A stretch of DNA of 50,563 bases from a virus: IMG/VR virus record IMGVR_UViG_3300031578_000056; one strand, written 5' to 3'. This document shows, one piece after another, positions 49,934 to 50,563 of this stretch. The notes below the pieces were generated by a model. That model was not told the origin of the DNA, did no database searches, and saw only the letters and a list, made by a program, of their open reading frames with translations. How positions within the stretch are numbered: position 1 is the first letter of the stretch; each line of letters begins with the position of its first letter. The translations under genes and the position numbers were made by a program.

Positions 49934-50563
49934 TTATTCTTTTGTGTATGCTATTTTTCCACCTTCTGAATCTTCACCTGCAAATCCTACCATGTTTAAA
50001 GGTATATACTTGTCTTTAGATACTGTCGCTAATCCTTTTGTTTCGGATGGAATTAATACATCACCATACTCACAAGGACAATCAATTTCAACGAAAGCAT
50101 CACCAGTGGCTGCGATGTGATAATAAGTGTGAGCTTCGACCGCTTCAATTGCCTCTGTATCATCCGTGGCTTCTTGCGCTTCGACCGCTTCAACATTTAT
50201 AATATCATAAACAACGCCATAAATACCCTTTTTAGATTTATTGCAGTATGAAGCTTCCCAATCTGGTTGTTTGTCGTTAATCCATCCAATCGATTTAATT
50301 TCAACCAATTCCCCAAGCTTTAAATTCTCTTTAGATTTAGCGATGTGACAACCCGTAAAAGGAAGATAACCTGCGGCTGTCACTGTACCACTCACAACAG
50401 CATTGCCTGTTACGGCTATTCCTGATCCATTAATAGATATTAATTTTGAATAAGAGGATATATCTGATCCTCTCCAAATTTCAAACTCAGAACTATCTTT
50501 TGATGTTGTAGGGAATGTTGTCAAAAAGGCAAAGTTACCTCTCTCTCTCATGCCTATTTTTAA
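49934..50563 (-). CDS. C-terminal part of the same junction-spanning tail protein
   Basis: ORF-track entry 49934..50551 starts at an internal Met and the frame is open upstream to 50563. Lies between the Dit-like gene and the 1391-aa tail protein. Contains the short acidic repeat EAVEAQEATDDTEAIEAVEA. Confidence 0.6.
   Translation of the reverse strand, partial: LKIGMRERGNFAFLTTFPTTSKDSSEFEIWRGSDISSYSKLISINGSGIAVTGNAVVSGTVTAAGYLPFTGCHIAKSKENLKLGELVEIKSIGWINDKQPDWEASYCNKSKKGIYGVVYDIINVEAVEAQEATDDTEAIEAVEAHTYYHIAATGDAFVEIDCPCEYGDVLIPSETKGLATVSKDKYIPLNMVGFAGEDSEGGKIAYTKE
50437..50563. repeat. Terminal overlap, copy 2 (identical to 1..127)
   Basis: Same 127-nt string as 1..127, compared base by base. 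Confidence 0.9.

Noticed and set aside
1-50563. Alternative genetic code or stop-codon recoding, which is common in some Bacteroidota phages carrying odd tRNAs
   Set aside because: All large genes (tape measure, 1391-aa fibre, 986-aa protein, terL, portal, primase-helicase) are uninterrupted under the standard code. Neither tRNA-like element shows a clear CUA, UCA or UUA anticodon loop.

Overview
The window is a complete, circularly closed phage genome. Positions 1-127 are identical to 50437-50563, which looks like an assembler overlap, so the unique length is 50,436 bp. It is AT-rich and looks like a siphovirus-type tailed dsDNA phage: tape measure, major tail protein and a G/GT-type chaperone are present, and no sheath gene is seen.

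The host is probably Bacteroidota. Support: recurrent TAnnTTTG -7 promoter boxes (often only 4-6 nt from the ATG), few Shine-Dalgarno sites, a DUF3127-type SSB, a DUF4494-like protein and a BT4734/VirE-type primase-helicase. I found no integrase, so the phage is probably virulent.

Nearly all genes are on the minus strand. Reading the minus strand:
- Regulators, recombination and replication: 43.7 kb down to 27.7 kb, ending with terS and a terminator.
- 14 small ORFs, many of them Cys4 mini-proteins: 27.5 to 23.0 kb.
- HNH endonuclease, terL and more small ORFs: 23.5 to 19.9 kb.
- A dedicated non-coding RNA operon: 19.3-19.9 kb.
- Two proteins sharing an N-terminal module: 19.26 to 15.26 kb.
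- Head genes (portal, MuF-like protein, scaffold, decoration-like protein, major capsid): 15.2 to 7.5 kb.
- Connector and tail genes, crossing the linearisation point: 7.5 kb to 1, then 50.4 to 45.8 kb.
- Lipoprotein and lysis cassette: 45.7 to 43.8 kb.

Three plus-strand gene islands (4.1-4.9, 9.9-11.2 and 12.5-13.8 kb) interrupt the structural operon. Each has its own promoter and ends at a hairpin terminator.

The most unusual element is the RNA operon. It holds both halves of a tmRNA tRNA-like domain in circularly permuted order (3' half, then a 68-nt spacer, then the 5' half), flanked by two tRNA-shaped elements that lack canonical anticodon arms. Other notable points:
- An SF2 helicase is split by a -1 frame change at a G5 run inside its Walker A motif.
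- A 16-nt motif with a perfect 14-bp palindromic core is conserved at identical spacing in two divergent promoter regions.
- An iteron and (TA)n origin-like region lies next to the primase-helicase gene.
- terS and terL are uncoupled by about 4.7 kb.

All functional calls come from motif recognition by eye. No database search was run.
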